Below are positions 14,562 through 15,849 of a stretch of 15,849 nucleotides of DNA, in pieces. This DNA comes from a virus (Duplodnaviria; Heunggongvirae; Uroviricota; Caudoviricetes). The stretch lies in IMG/VR virus record IMGVR_UViG_3300027819_000007, positions 147,787 through 163,635 of that record; one strand, 5' to 3'. The position numbers and the translations under genes are program-made. Within the stretch, counting starts at the first letter, position 1, and every line of letters starts with the position of its first letter. A model generated the notes under the pieces. It did not search any database, had not been told where the DNA came from, and saw nothing but the letters and a program-made list of their open reading frames with translations.

Positions 14562-14995
14562 ACAGACAATCCTAATTTAGAACACACAGCATCTCTTATT
14601 TTGTTGATTACAGAAGGACAAAACATATTCCGATATGATGACAGATAACTATCCTCCAAATGATCCATGACAAAATTCAAAGAGTGTCTGCTTGTATCCA
14701 TCAAATCCCTACCAACGATAAAATCTATTACACGACCAACTGACTTCTCATCAGGAAACAAACCATTGATTAACTCATACCCAAAACTGTCACCAAAACG
14801 GAGACACTTTCTTACTGCCCACTCCGCATCTTCGTGGGAGATGTCCCGACCACTCTCGGCCAACAAATCTTTTATCATCGCCACTTTTACATCAAGAGGC
14901 TCATCACTACGAGCGATTCTATCCAACATACCAGCAGCGATGCTCTTCTTCTGATACTTCAAGCGGAGGGATTTAATTCCAGATTTCGTCGCCAT
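14558..14995 (-). CDS. KSLRLKY-tagged protein (145 aa)
   Basis: GGAGGG RBS; MATKSGIKSLRLKYQKKS; degenerate module RIARSDEPLDVKVAMIKDLLAESGR. Confidence 0.8.
   Translation of the reverse strand: MATKSGIKSLRLKYQKKSIAAGMLDRIARSDEPLDVKVAMIKDLLAESGRDISHEDAEWAVRKCLRFGDSFGYELINGLFPDEKSVGRVIDFIVGRDLMDTSRHSLNFVMDHLEDSYLSSYRNMFCPSVINKIRDAVCSKLGLSV
14954..14974 (-). repeat. KSLRLKY motif copy 7 (N-terminal)
   Basis: Coding-strand AAATCCCTCCGCTTGAAGTAT; identical to copy 6. Confidence 0.9.
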
Positions 14996-15173
14996 GAGAC
15001 TTCACCCTCCACAATTCATTACCACGCTCCAGATTCCTGGATTGACGCTTCCAGAATTCTACTTCCTGCTTTAGCTTTTCATTACGACAGATCATGACAA
15101 TGAGAGCGATCTCCAATCCTACCCCAATTCCAATCAGGAGCCAGTGCAAAAAATCCATAATATTATTCCTCAC
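14973..15173 (-). CDS. Small single-TM protein with a cytoplasmic coiled coil (61-66 aa)
   Basis: FLHWLLIGIGVGLEIALIVMIC then EKLKQEVEFWKRQ. Start is GTG 15173 (GTGA overlap) or ATG 15158 (GAGGA RBS). Confidence 0.7.
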   Translation of the reverse strand: MRNNIMDFLHWLLIGIGVGLEIALIVMICRNEKLKQEVEFWKRQSRNLERGNELWRVKSHGDEIWN

Positions 15174-15616
15174 AAAGAATCTCGCAACTTTTCCAATTGG
15201 CTAACATTCCTCAGTAACTCTTCTCTCTTTTGTGTATATATATTAATCAAATTCTCTCTCGCCTTTTCAACTCCAATCATTTCAGCAAGACGACCAAACC
15301 GAATAGGAAATTGAGGTGGATCAAGATCAACATCTGTCATAGCCTGCTCAAGACCCACAATCTTATCATCTACTTGATGAATTCTTGTGGTAATGATTCG
15401 ATCAAGATTGGGTTCCCCCTTCAACCTCCGCATCCGGTCCAACAAGAAATTCATATCCTCCTTCCCCAACTCAAGTCCATTCTCCTCCAAATAATCCATC
15501 AACAACCCCGCCCGATCCCTCCTCTTGATAGTATCATCCTGACTCAAACCACGAAAGATGTTAGGGTCAAGAACCTTTCTATACTTCAATCGCAAGAATT
15601 TCAGTTTAGAATTCAT
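15170..15616 (-). CDS. KFLRLKY-tagged protein with a TIGR02996-like module (148 aa)
   Basis: MNSKLKFLRLKYRKV...RGLSQDDTIKRRDRAGLLMDYLEENG. Confidence 0.8.
   Translation of the reverse strand: MNSKLKFLRLKYRKVLDPNIFRGLSQDDTIKRRDRAGLLMDYLEENGLELGKEDMNFLLDRMRRLKGEPNLDRIITTRIHQVDDKIVGLEQAMTDVDLDPPQFPIRFGRLAEMIGVEKARENLINIYTQKREELLRNVSQLEKLRDSL
15581..15601 (-). repeat. KFLRLKY motif copy 8 (N-terminal, S to F variant)
   Basis: Coding-strand AAATTCTTGCGATTGAAGTAT. Confidence 0.8.
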
Positions 15617-15618
15617 CT

Positions 15619-15837
15619 TCAGTTCCTACTGATATAGTCCCTATTTTGAAGAGCGGTCAAATGCTCATATTGTTTTTCATATTCAGCACAAACCACAGAG
15701 AAGAGTTCCATGTACTTGAAGGCACAGGTCCGCCAGCGTATCTTTTCCTTGTCCTCCCTTCGAGCAATCCAGTAAAGGAAGGTGGACCCAACCACAATCC
15801 AGAAGAGAGAAGTCAAAAATATAGCTAACCAGATCAT
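15619..15837 (-). CDS. Small single-TM protein (72 aa)
   Basis: MIWLAIFLTSLFWIVVGSTFLYWIARR...; start abuts the TAA of a gene running off the right edge. Confidence 0.7.
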   Translation of the reverse strand: MIWLAIFLTSLFWIVVGSTFLYWIARREDKEKIRWRTCAFKYMELFSVVCAEYEKQYEHLTALQNRDYISRN

Positions 15838-15849
15838 TTATTACTCCGC

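Noticed and set aside
1383-15601. KSLR repeats as a CRISPR array, att sites or operator boxes
   Set aside because: They are irregularly spaced kilobases apart, always in frame within genes, and half the copies differ at synonymous positions.
1-15849. tRNA, rRNA, integrase, transposase, Cas, capsid, terminase or endolysin genes, and intrinsic terminators
   Set aside because: None is recognisable. Intergenic gaps are too short for RNA genes and no hairpin plus U-tract was found, so the phage assignment stays inferential.

Overview
The window is a densely packed, almost entirely minus-strand run of about 37 mostly small genes with frequent ATGA/GTGA/TAATG start-stop overlaps. One 5'-truncated plus-strand ORF converges on it at the left edge. 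The layout looks like the accessory region of a large phage or phage-like element, but no structural, replication or integrase hallmark gene is visible, so this is inference. Several proteins carry Planctomycete-style signatures: TIGR02996-like D[WY]LxE helical modules, a ClpC-type N-domain with PQTPR, a HEAT-like secreted protein and a secreted CxxCH cytochrome c. Recognisable enzymes are a calcineurin-like metallophosphoesterase and an intracellular-type S8 subtilase. The main unexplained signal is a basic heptapeptide, K[SF]LR[LMY]KY, usually followed by xK[K/A/T/V], in eight otherwise divergent proteins. It is near the N-terminus in six and internal in two, and is usually followed by a D[WY]LxE module. 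This suggests a shared sorting or processing tag, for example for capsid targeting or protease cleavage. Two genes missed or truncated by the ORF track are split by a single in-frame stop: TGA at 5595-5597, followed by a hairpin, and TAG at 12314-12316.
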